Assembly (NCBI RefSeq): GCF_000023205.1
Contig: NC_012803.1
Span: forward strand, 1,890,001 to 1,922,000
DNA length: 32,000 nt
Source: Micrococcus luteus NCTC 2665
Lineage (GTDB): Bacteria > Actinomycetota > Actinomycetes > Actinomycetales > Micrococcaceae
Reading direction: 5' to 3'
The position numbers and the translations under genes are program-made. Positions 24,017 through 31,346 of this stretch are shown here, piece after piece; the first letter of the stretch is position 1; the number at the start of each line of letters is the position of its first letter. The notes below the pieces were generated by a model that made no database searches, was not told the origin of the DNA, and was given only the letters and a program-made list of their open reading frames with translations.

Positions 24017-25947
24017 TGGGGGGCCTCCTCGGCGGCGAGCTCGGCGGGGGCCGGGCCGGCGTCCGGCGCGGGGTCCGGGACGGGGCACGCCGGCGGGAAC
24101 GTGGCGCGCACCGCCGCGGCCAGGGCGGCGGCGACGCGCGGGCGGTCGGCGCGGTCGCAGCGGACCTCGAGCAGGCGCCGGCCCCGTACCGGGTCGGCGA
24201 GGGCCCGGACGAGGTCGACGCGGTCGGTGACCCGCGTGTGCGGGACGCCGTACGCGGCGGCCAGGGCGGCCAGGTCCACGCCGTGCGGGGTGCCGAAGAG
24301 CCGCTCGACGGGCTCCGCCATGCCGGGCGCCTCGGCCACGGCCCCGTGTTCGAGGCTCGCGAAGATCGCCCCGCCGTCGTCGTTGACGACCACGAGGTCG
24401 AGATCCGGCTCGGTCTCGGTGGGGCCCACGAGCAGGCCGCCCGCCTCGTGCAGGGCGGTGAGGTCGCCGAGCAGGACCACGGTCCGCAGCCCGCGCGCCA
24501 GGGCGACGCCCGCGGCCGTGGAGACGGTCCCGTCGATCCCGGCGAGCCCGCGGTTGGCGTACACCTCCGCGTCCGGCGCCGAGGGGGGCCGCCAGGTCAG
24601 GTCCACGTCCCGGATCACCGAGGACGAGCCCAGCACGAGCGGGCCCCGGACCATGGCGGCGCTCACGTGCGCCACCGTCTGCGGGCTGAGCCGGTCGCCG
24701 GCGTCGGTGGTGACGAGCACGTCCTCCACGGCGGCTTGGGCGCGCATCGAGGCGTGCTGCCACGCGGCGAGCCAGCCGGGCTCGCCCTGCCCGGCGAAGG
24801 CGGCGAGCTCCTCGAGGGTCTCCACGGGCGTCTCCCGGCGCCGGCCCGGCTCGAACCACGGGGCGGGCTCGGGGGCGTGCAGGGCCATGGCGACGTCGGG
24901 GCGGGCCAGCAGCGCGTTGACCGTCCGGGTGAGCGTGGGCCGACCGAACAGCACGACCCGTTCGATGCGTGCGGCCAGGGGGTGTGCGTCCGCGTCGCGC
25001 CCGCCGGCCGCGCCCAGCAGGAGCGGATACGCGGCGATGGCGTTGGCGGAGAACCGCGCGTTCGAGGACGGCTCGGCCAGCAGGGGCAGGCCCAGGGACA
25101 GCGCGAAGGCCGCGGCTGCGGGGCCGGCGCCGTGGCAGGCCAGCACGACGGTGCGCCGCTGGTCCAGGCGGGCGACGTCCAGCTCGGGCAGCCCCGAGAG
25201 CACCGCCCCGGGTGCCCGGTAGGCCGGCGCGGCGGCGGGGGCCGGGCTCGCGCCGGTCGGGGCGACGGCCGGAACAGGGGCGTGCGGCGCCGCGGCGGCG
25301 GCGCCCATGGCGGCCGCCTCCTCAGGGCTCGGCACGAGCGGGTCGCGGAAGTGCAGGTTCAGGTGGACGGGTCCGGCCGGGGCCTCTGCCATCGTCACCG
25401 GGCCGGGTGCGCCGTCGTCGTCGGAACCGGCCTCGGCGACGACCCCCTCGGCCGCCAGCAGGGCCCGGCGCACGGTGGCCCGCACGTGGCGCAGATGCTG
25501 CTCGGCGTCCACGCCGTCGGCCGCGTCGCAGCCGAGGGAGGCGGCATGGCGGACGTGCGTGCCGAACACGTCCCTCTGGTCCGTGGTCTGATTCGCGCCG
25601 GTGCCGTGCAGCTCGGGCGGACGGTCCGCGGTCAGCGCGATCACGCGCGTGCCGGCGTGGAAGGACTCCATCAGGGCGGGCAGCAGGTTCCCGACGGCGG
25701 TGCCCGACGTGGTCAGCACGCCCACCGGGCGCCCCGAGGCCAACGAGAGCCCGTGGGCGAGGAAGCCGGCCGAGCGCTCGTCCACCCGCACGTGCAGACG
25801 GACCTCGCCGGCGCGCTCGAGGGCCGCGAGCGCGTAGGCCAGCGGGGCGGAGCGGGAGCCGGGGCAGACCACCGCGTCCCGCATGCCGGCGTCGATCAGG
25901 GCGGTGGCGACGGCGCGCGCCACGGAGAGGGAGTCGACGGAGGTCAT
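24013..25947 (-). CDS. menD: 2-succinyl-5-enolpyruvyl-6-hydroxy-3-cyclohexene-1-carboxylate (SEPHCHC) synthase
   Basis: VVCPGSRSAPLA N-terminal motif and ThDP motif GDLTALHEAGGL...VVVNDDGGAIFA. The ATG at 25947 gives 644 aa. The 1373-aa track ORF is an upstream artefact. Confidence 0.88.
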   Translation of the reverse strand: MTSVDSLSVARAVATALIDAGMRDAVVCPGSRSAPLAYALAALERAGEVRLHVRVDERSAGFLAHGLSLASGRPVGVLTTSGTAVGNLLPALMESFHAGTRVIALTADRPPELHGTGANQTTDQRDVFGTHVRHAASLGCDAADGVDAEQHLRHVRATVRRALLAAEGVVAEAGSDDDGAPGPVTMAEAPAGPVHLNLHFRDPLVPSPEEAAAMGAAAAAPHAPVPAVAPTGASPAPAAAPAYRAPGAVLSGLPELDVARLDQRRTVVLACHGAGPAAAAFALSLGLPLLAEPSSNARFSANAIAAYPLLLGAAGGRDADAHPLAARIERVVLFGRPTLTRTVNALLARPDVAMALHAPEPAPWFEPGRRRETPVETLEELAAFAGQGEPGWLAAWQHASMRAQAAVEDVLVTTDAGDRLSPQTVAHVSAAMVRGPLVLGSSSVIRDVDLTWRPPSAPDAEVYANRGLAGIDGTVSTAAGVALARGLRTVVLLGDLTALHEAGGLLVGPTETEPDLDLVVVNDDGGAIFASLEHGAVAEAPGMAEPVERLFGTPHGVDLAALAAAYGVPHTRVTDRVDLVRALADPVRGRRLLEVRCDRADRPRVAAALAAAVRATFPPACPVPDPAPDAGPAPAELAAEEAPQ

Positions 25948-25957
25948 GGTGGCCACC

Positions 25958-25963
25958 AGTCTA
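25958..25963 (-). promoter_or_regulatory. Putative menD -10 box TAGACT(GG), 10 nt before the ATG
   Basis: Minus strand reads GGCCTAGACTGGTGGCCACCATG. Confidence 0.3.
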
Positions 25964-25994
25964 GGCCCGGGCGCGGACGGGCCCCGGACGCGGC

Positions 25995-26037
25995 GAGGCC
26001 GCCACGGTGACGCGGTGGCGCCGGCCGTGACGGCCTC
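25995..26037 (-). terminator. 13-bp hairpin downstream of phoX
   Basis: GAGGCCGCCACGG ... CCGTGACGGCCTC. The single imperfect pair is C-A on the plus strand and G-U on the minus-strand RNA. Confidence 0.45.
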
Positions 26038-26063
26038 GTCGAGGGTCCTCGCGGAGGCGGGGG

Positions 26064-28193
26064 TCAGCCCTTCGGACCCTTGCCGTTGCCCTTGCCCTTG
26101 TTGCCCTTGCCCTTGTTGCCCTTCTCCTTGCCGGCGCCCTTGCCGACGCCGTTGTTCCCGGTGGCGTTGAACACCTGGACGACGCTCGGACGCGGGGCCG
26201 CGACCTTGTCGCCCACCTGGACCGGGCCGGTCGGGCTCAGGAAGTCCGGGAAGGAGGAGGTGTGCGCGCCCCAGGTGCCGTCCTCGCCCGGGTGCTGGAC
26301 GTTGACGAACACGGAGTTGTCGCGGTCGTGGATCACGGGGCCGCAGGTCTCGGCGTCGCGCGGGACGGCGAGGAACTGCTGGACGCGGCCGCGCTCGGCG
26401 CCGTCGAGGGTGACCTTGTGCAGCGCGTCGGCGTAGCCGATGGTGCCGGGCTGGCCGTCGGTGGAGATCCAGAGGTTGCCCTCGGAGTCGAACGCCAGGT
26501 TGTCCGGGCAGGAGATCGGGGAGACCTTCTCCTTCGGGTAGCCGGCGAAGTAGGCCGAGGAGGAGACCGCCGGGTCGCCGGCGAGCAGCAGGATCACCCA
26601 GGTGAAGGCGGTGGAGGCGTGATCCCCGCCCTGCTCGGTGATCTCGATGACGTGGCCGTCGCGGTTGCCGACGACCGGGTTGGCCTCGTCCACGGCGGTG
26701 CGCTTGGTGTTGTTGGTCAGGGCCGCGTAGACCTTGCCGGTGACCGGGTTGGTCTCGACGTCCTCCGGGCGGTCCATCTTGGTGGCGCCCATCTTGTCGG
26801 CCGCGAGGCGGGTGTAGACCAGGACCTCGGCCAGGGACATGCCCGGGACGAAGGACGACTTCTCGTCGGCCAGGGCGATCCACTCGCCGGAGCCGTCGAA
26901 GGCGCCGTCCGAGGGCAGGGAGCCCCTGCCGTCGATCTGGGCGGCCGGGGAGTCGCCGGAGAACCTGGCCACGTAGAGAGTGCCCTTGTCCATCAGGCGC
27001 ATGTTGTGCTTCTTGTCGCCCTCGCGGACCTTCTCGGCGGAGACGAACTTGTACAGGTAGTCGTGACGCTCGTCGTCGCCGGAGTAGACCACGGCGTGGC
27101 CGGACGGGGAGATCACGGCGGTGCCGGCCTCGTGCTTGAAGCGGCCCAGGAGGGTGTGCTTCACGGGCGTGGAGGTCGGGTCCTCGGGGTCGATCTCGAC
27201 GACCCAGCCGAAGCGGTTGGCCTCGTTCTCGTAGCCGGGCTTGGTCAGGTCGAAGCGGTCGTGGACCTTCTCCCAGCCACGGCGGGTGGCGGAGGCGGAG
27301 ATGCCGTAGCGCTTCTCCTCGGCGGTGCCGCGACCCTTGAAGTACTGGTTGAAGTTCTCCTCGCCGGAGAGCACGGTGCCCCACGGGGTGGTGCCGCCGG
27401 CGCAGTTGTTCAGGGTGCCCAGCACGCGGGTGCCGGTCGGGTCCTCGACGGTCGTGAGCAGCGCGTGGCCGGCGGCCGGGCCGCGGACCTCGAACTCGGT
27501 GGTGCCGGTGATGCGGCGGTTGCGGCGGCCGCCGCGGACGTACTCCCACGGGGCGCCGCGCTTGGCACGCTTGAGGTCCACGATGGACAGGCCGTGGGCC
27601 TGGAGGCCGACGTTGACGACGTCCTCGAAGTTCGAGGCGATGTACTCCGGGGAGAACATGATGTTCTCGTTGGTGTACTCGTGGTTGGAGACGAGGTAGC
27701 CGGAGCGGTCGTTGCCGCCGTCGGTGATGATGTTCAGGTAGTCGTTGTTGTAGCCGAACTGGGCGGCCTGCGACGCACCGGTCTGGTGCTCGATGTCGAA
27801 CTCCGGGGAGTCGGCGAACAGCGGGTCGCCCCAGCGGATCACGGTGCCCCAGTCGTAGCCCTCCGGCACGGTCATGGTGTCCACGGTGCGGGTCACCGGG
27901 GCGATGGGCTCGAAGGGGAGCTTGCCGCCGCCGGTCGGGCGCCGGCCGTTGTCTGCGAGCGCCTCGGGGGCCTGGGCCACCTGGGAGCCGATGACGACGG
28001 CGGCGGCGAGACCGGTGCCGCCGACCAGGGCGGAGCGGCGCGAGATGGCGGTCTCCGCGATCTGCTGGAAGGTCGGGTTCGCCGAGGTGTTGGGCACCGG
28101 GTGGGCGCACGCGTTGCCGCACTTGAGCTCGCACGTGACGGCGGAGCGGTTGCCACGGGTGTGGCCGGCCATGGGGAGGAGGCGCTTCAGCAT
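26064..28193 (-). CDS. phoX: PhoX-type (DUF839) secreted alkaline phosphatase with a Tat signal and a K/G-rich C-terminal tail
   Basis: SRRSALVGGTGLAAA twin-arginine motif and SNHEYTNEN, with beta-propeller-like PhoX regions throughout. The ATG at 28193 has GAAGGA upstream. The 1150-aa track ORF is an artefact. Confidence 0.85.
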   Translation of the reverse strand: MLKRLLPMAGHTRGNRSAVTCELKCGNACAHPVPNTSANPTFQQIAETAISRRSALVGGTGLAAAVVIGSQVAQAPEALADNGRRPTGGGKLPFEPIAPVTRTVDTMTVPEGYDWGTVIRWGDPLFADSPEFDIEHQTGASQAAQFGYNNDYLNIITDGGNDRSGYLVSNHEYTNENIMFSPEYIASNFEDVVNVGLQAHGLSIVDLKRAKRGAPWEYVRGGRRNRRITGTTEFEVRGPAAGHALLTTVEDPTGTRVLGTLNNCAGGTTPWGTVLSGEENFNQYFKGRGTAEEKRYGISASATRRGWEKVHDRFDLTKPGYENEANRFGWVVEIDPEDPTSTPVKHTLLGRFKHEAGTAVISPSGHAVVYSGDDERHDYLYKFVSAEKVREGDKKHNMRLMDKGTLYVARFSGDSPAAQIDGRGSLPSDGAFDGSGEWIALADEKSSFVPGMSLAEVLVYTRLAADKMGATKMDRPEDVETNPVTGKVYAALTNNTKRTAVDEANPVVGNRDGHVIEITEQGGDHASTAFTWVILLLAGDPAVSSSAYFAGYPKEKVSPISCPDNLAFDSEGNLWISTDGQPGTIGYADALHKVTLDGAERGRVQQFLAVPRDAETCGPVIHDRDNSVFVNVQHPGEDGTWGAHTSSFPDFLSPTGPVQVGDKVAAPRPSVVQVFNATGNNGVGKGAGKEKGNKGKGNKGKGNGKGPKG
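26077..26146 (-). repeat. In-frame GCCCTT-periodic repeat, including a perfect tandem 15-mer x2, encoding the GKGNKGKGNKGKGNGKG tail
   Basis: GCCCTTGCCCTTGTT at 26088-26102 and 26103-26117. Confidence 0.85.
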
Positions 28194-28420
28194 GACGGGG
28201 TCCTTCGCGTCGTGGGGATGGTCCGGGGTCCGGTGCCGGGCCGGAGACGACCCCGGGGTGAGACCGGCCGGGGCCGCCATCACCTTGGCCCCTCGCTCCG
28301 AGCGGCGAGCCACGCCCAGGTGGCCGCGAGTTGAACTCTTCCCGGCCGCCGGATTTCGTCCCGTCGACGTGCTGTAATCCGGCTCACATTCCCCGCGTCG
28401 ACGGGGACCGGGCGGACCCG

Positions 28421-29494
28421 TCAGCCCTGCGCGGCCAGCACCGCGTGGGCCGCTCGCACGCGGTCGGCCCACCACGCCTGCCGCGCCCCGTCCGCCCGGA
28501 CGCGGTCGAGCAGGCCCGGGTCGGGGGCGGGTGCCCGCTCCCCCGGTGCCGGGAGGGCCCCCGCGCGGGGGCCCCAGGCCGGGGCGACGACGTCGTGCTC
28601 GAAGAGGGCCGCGGTGCCGAGCCCGCATGCGTGCGGCAGGGACGGCAGGCAGGCGGCGAGCGCGGCGCCGCCGGCAATGCCCACGGAGGTGTCCAGCGCT
28701 GAGGAGACCACCGCGGGCAGCCCCGCGGCCGCCACGATCGCCGCGGCCCGGCGCACGCCCCCGAGCGGCTGGACCTTTACCACGATCAGGTCCGCGGCGC
28801 CGGCGGCCGCGACGGCGAGGGGGTCCTCGGCCTTGCGGACCGCCTCGTCCGCGGCGATCGGGGTGGGGACGCCCCGGGCGCGCAGCTCCGCGCGGACCTC
28901 CGCGAGGTCGGTGATGCCGGGCACGGGCTGCTCCGCGTACTCGAGGCCCACGTCGGCCAGCGCGGTGAGCACGTCCACGGCCTCGGTGGGCGTCCAGCCG
29001 GCGTTGGCGTCGACGCGGACCTGCGCGTGGGGCAGCAGCGCGCGCACCCGCCGCACGCGGGCCAGGTCGGCCTCGCGGCTGCCGGGGACGAGCTCGCCCT
29101 CGGGGCCGTGCTCCGCCACCTTGACCTTGACCGCGGTGATGCCGTCGCCGTAGCGGGCCAGGACGGCCTCGACGTCGGCCGCGTCCACCGCGGGCACGGT
29201 GGCGTTGACGGGGACGGCCTGGCGGACCGGGGCGGGCCAGCCCTGCCAGCCGGCCTCGATCGCGGCGGCGAGCCACGCGGCGCTCTCGTGTGGACCGTAC
29301 TCCGGGAACGGGGAGAACTCGCCCCAGCCCGCCGGGCCGCGCAGCAGCAGGGCGTGGCGCAGGTCCGTGCCGCGGAACCGCACGCGCATCGGCAGGGCGA
29401 CCGCGACGGCGTCGGCCAGCAGCTCCTCGATGCTCGGCAGGGCGGGACCGCCCGGCGCGCCGGGCAGCGGGGGCAGGGCGGGGGCGGTGCTCAT
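28421..29494 (-). CDS. menC: o-Succinylbenzoate synthase (enolase superfamily)
   Basis: AVKVKV, VRVDANAGW, LEYAEQP and IAADE carry the catalytic/metal-ligand pattern of the enolase superfamily. The men-cluster context supports the call. Confidence 0.82.
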   Translation of the reverse strand: MSTAPALPPLPGAPGGPALPSIEELLADAVAVALPMRVRFRGTDLRHALLLRGPAGWGEFSPFPEYGPHESAAWLAAAIEAGWQGWPAPVRQAVPVNATVPAVDAADVEAVLARYGDGITAVKVKVAEHGPEGELVPGSREADLARVRRVRALLPHAQVRVDANAGWTPTEAVDVLTALADVGLEYAEQPVPGITDLAEVRAELRARGVPTPIAADEAVRKAEDPLAVAAAGAADLIVVKVQPLGGVRRAAAIVAAAGLPAVVSSALDTSVGIAGGAALAACLPSLPHACGLGTAALFEHDVVAPAWGPRAGALPAPGERAPAPDPGLLDRVRADGARQAWWADRVRAAHAVLAAQG

Positions 29495-29500
29495 GCGGCC

Positions 29501-29506
29501 AGTCTA
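29501..29506 (-). promoter_or_regulatory. Putative -10 box TAGACT(GG), 6 nt before the menC ATG (leaderless layout)
   Basis: Minus strand reads TTCCTAGACTGGCCGCATG. Confidence 0.35.
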
Positions 29507-29573
29507 GGAAGGGCACTCGGCTCCCGTTCCGACGGGCGCCGCGGGGTGGGACTGTCTGTGTCGGCGCCGACGC

Positions 29574-30260
29574 TCAGACGGCGCGGAGGTAGCCGAGGGC
29601 ACGGGCCAGGTCCACGGCGCGGTCGTGGGCGCCGAGCGCCCCCTCCAGGCCGGCGACGACGGCGGCCGTCACCTCCTCGGTGAGGTGCCAGTCGGCGGTG
29701 AACGGGTCGTCGAAGCGCGCCCACGCCGTGCCCACGGCCGCGAGCGCGCGGGTCATCTCCGTGAGGTCCCCGAAGACCGGTCGCGGCTCGTCCAGGCGGT
29801 CCTCCCAGCCCTCGTCTCCCGGGGCCATGAGCACCTGACCGGTGGAGGCCGCGTGGATGAACGGGTCGGCACCCTGCTTGGCCACCACCGTCCAGTCCTC
29901 GTTCCAGTCCACCAGCAGCGCACCGGTGCGGTGGTTCCACCGGTAGCCGGCCTGCTCGTCCCACAGGCGGTCCAGCGGGAAGAACATCACGGGCAGGCCG
30001 AGGGTGTCGATCTCCAGCCACTCCGGCCCCACGTAGCGGTAGAAGTCGGCCAGGTCCGGGGCGAGGGGCTCCTCGGCGGCCCACTCGATGGGCTCCTGCC
30101 GGCTCAGCCGGCCGAACGGGGCCAGGGCGTCCCGGGCGGCCAGCAGGTCCTCGGCCGAGAGACGGGGCCGGCCGCCCGGCTCGGCGCCCGGGCCGGGGGC
30201 CGTCCCGGTGGAGTCGCGGAGGGCCGGGCGATGTCCGTGGGCGGGGGGCACGCGGGTCAT
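29574..30260 (-). CDS. Hypothetical protein with a SUKH/SMI1-KNR4-like core
   Basis: LAPDLADFYRYVGP ... WTVVAKQGADPFIHAASTGQVLMA ... VFGDLTEMTRAL. A TAGCCT box lies 6 nt before the ATG. Confidence 0.4.
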   Translation of the reverse strand: MTRVPPAHGHRPALRDSTGTAPGPGAEPGGRPRLSAEDLLAARDALAPFGRLSRQEPIEWAAEEPLAPDLADFYRYVGPEWLEIDTLGLPVMFFPLDRLWDEQAGYRWNHRTGALLVDWNEDWTVVAKQGADPFIHAASTGQVLMAPGDEGWEDRLDEPRPVFGDLTEMTRALAAVGTAWARFDDPFTADWHLTEEVTAAVVAGLEGALGAHDRAVDLARALGYLRAV

Positions 30261-30266
30261 GGCCCC

Positions 30267-30272
30267 AGGCTA
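30267..30272 (-). promoter_or_regulatory. Putative -10 box TAGCCT(GG), 6 nt before the ATG at 30260
   Basis: Minus strand reads GCCTAGCCTGGGGCCATG. Confidence 0.35.
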
Positions 30273-30361
30273 GGCAGGCGGCTCAGCGGCGCGGAGGACG
30301 GGACGGCGACGGGGGCGTGACCGTCCGATGAAGCCTGCATGACGGCTGCGCGTCCGCCACA

Positions 30362-31231
30362 ATGGACCCCATGCCCCCCACCGCCCGCGCCCCGCGCCAC
30401 CTCCCCTCGTGGACGTGGTGGCTGGCGCTGGCCGCGTGCGTGGCCGGCGTCGTGCTGGTCTACGCCGCCCTGGTGTGGTCCTCCGCCGGCCAGGTGCTCG
30501 AGTACCAGGTGTTCCGCGCCGTCGAGGAGCGCTACGCGGACACCGTGCCGGACGTGGCCTCCCAGGTGGTGCGGATCCTGCCGCTCGGGCTGGCGGTCGG
30601 CATGGCGCTGGCCTCGCTCGGCGCGCTCGCCGTGGCCCGGTGGCGGCGGCGGGGGCTGCTCGCCCTCGTCGTGCTGGTCGGGTCCAACCTCACCACGCAG
30701 CTGCTCAAGGCGGCGCTTCCGCGGCCCGAGCACGCCGACGGGGTCCCGTGGTCCGGCGGCAACTCACTGCCCTCGGGCCACATGACGCTCGCGACGGGCG
30801 CCGCGGTGGCCGCGCTGCTGCTCGTGCCCGCCCGGTGGCGACCTCTCACCATCGTCCTCGGCGCCGTGGTCAGCGCCTGCACCGGCGCCGTCGCCTACAC
30901 GGAGGCCTGGCACCGGCCGTCGGACATGGCCGCCGCGGCGCTCGTGTCCGCCGCCTGGGGGCTGCTCGCCGTGCCGTTCACCCGGTACGACGGCGCACCG
31001 CGGCCCGCACCGCGCGGCGCCCGCGGCGTGGAGGCCACGCTCTGGTCCCTGGGCGTCGCGGGCCTGGCGGCCGGGTTGACGCTGCTGGCCCTCACCCTCG
31101 ACACCCCCGCGACCAGCGGCGCCGGCCCCCACCCGGCGGCCGAGCCGGCCGGGATCCTGCTCAGCGCCTCCCCCACGGTCCTGCTGTGGGGCGCGCTCGG
31201 CACGGCCTTCCGCCGCGGCCGCGCGGACTGA
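30362..31231 (+). CDS. PAP2-superfamily membrane phosphatase
   Basis: KAALPRPEH (KxxxxxxRP), LPSGH, and WHRPSD ... (third motif), with about 6 hydrophobic helices. The alternative ATG at 30371 lies 7 nt after a CACAAT box. Confidence 0.75.
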   Translation: MDPMPPTARAPRHLPSWTWWLALAACVAGVVLVYAALVWSSAGQVLEYQVFRAVEERYADTVPDVASQVVRILPLGLAVGMALASLGALAVARWRRRGLLALVVLVGSNLTTQLLKAALPRPEHADGVPWSGGNSLPSGHMTLATGAAVAALLLVPARWRPLTIVLGAVVSACTGAVAYTEAWHRPSDMAAAALVSAAWGLLAVPFTRYDGAPRPAPRGARGVEATLWSLGVAGLAAGLTLLALTLDTPATSGAGPHPAAEPAGILLSASPTVLLWGALGTAFRRGRAD

Positions 31232-31255
31232 CCCCTCCCCGCACGCCCACCAGAC

Positions 31256-31316
31256 GACGAGCCCTGCGATGTGGCGGCCATCCGCGAGGAATGGCCGCCA
31301 CATCGCAGGGCTCGTC
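31256..31316. terminator. Perfect 26-bp-stem hairpin (9-nt loop) between the convergent PAP2 and E2 genes
   Basis: GACGAGCCCTGCGATGTGGCGGCCAT-ccgcgagga-ATGGCCGCCACATCGCAGGGCTCGTC. There is no flanking U tract on either strand. Confidence 0.6.
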
Positions 31317-31346
31317 AGGGGCTGAGGCGGGCCGGGATCGTCCGGA

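Noticed and set aside
28362-28403. Two copies of the palindromic octamer CGTCGACG, 34 nt apart upstream of phoX, as a paired operator. A third copy lies at 15591 in the yajQ leader.
   Set aside because: The same octamer also occurs inside several coding regions here (for example near 4815, 9555 and 10192), because GTC-GAC codons are frequent. Its occurrence is compatible with composition.
22616-29516. ORFs of 747, 1373 and 1150 aa suggesting very large multi-domain proteins.
   Set aside because: Each is a real gene (menJ-like, menD, phoX) preceded by an open but meaningless upstream extension through the next gene in another frame. The internal starts have an RBS, a -10 box or stop/start overlaps, and they give canonical protein lengths.
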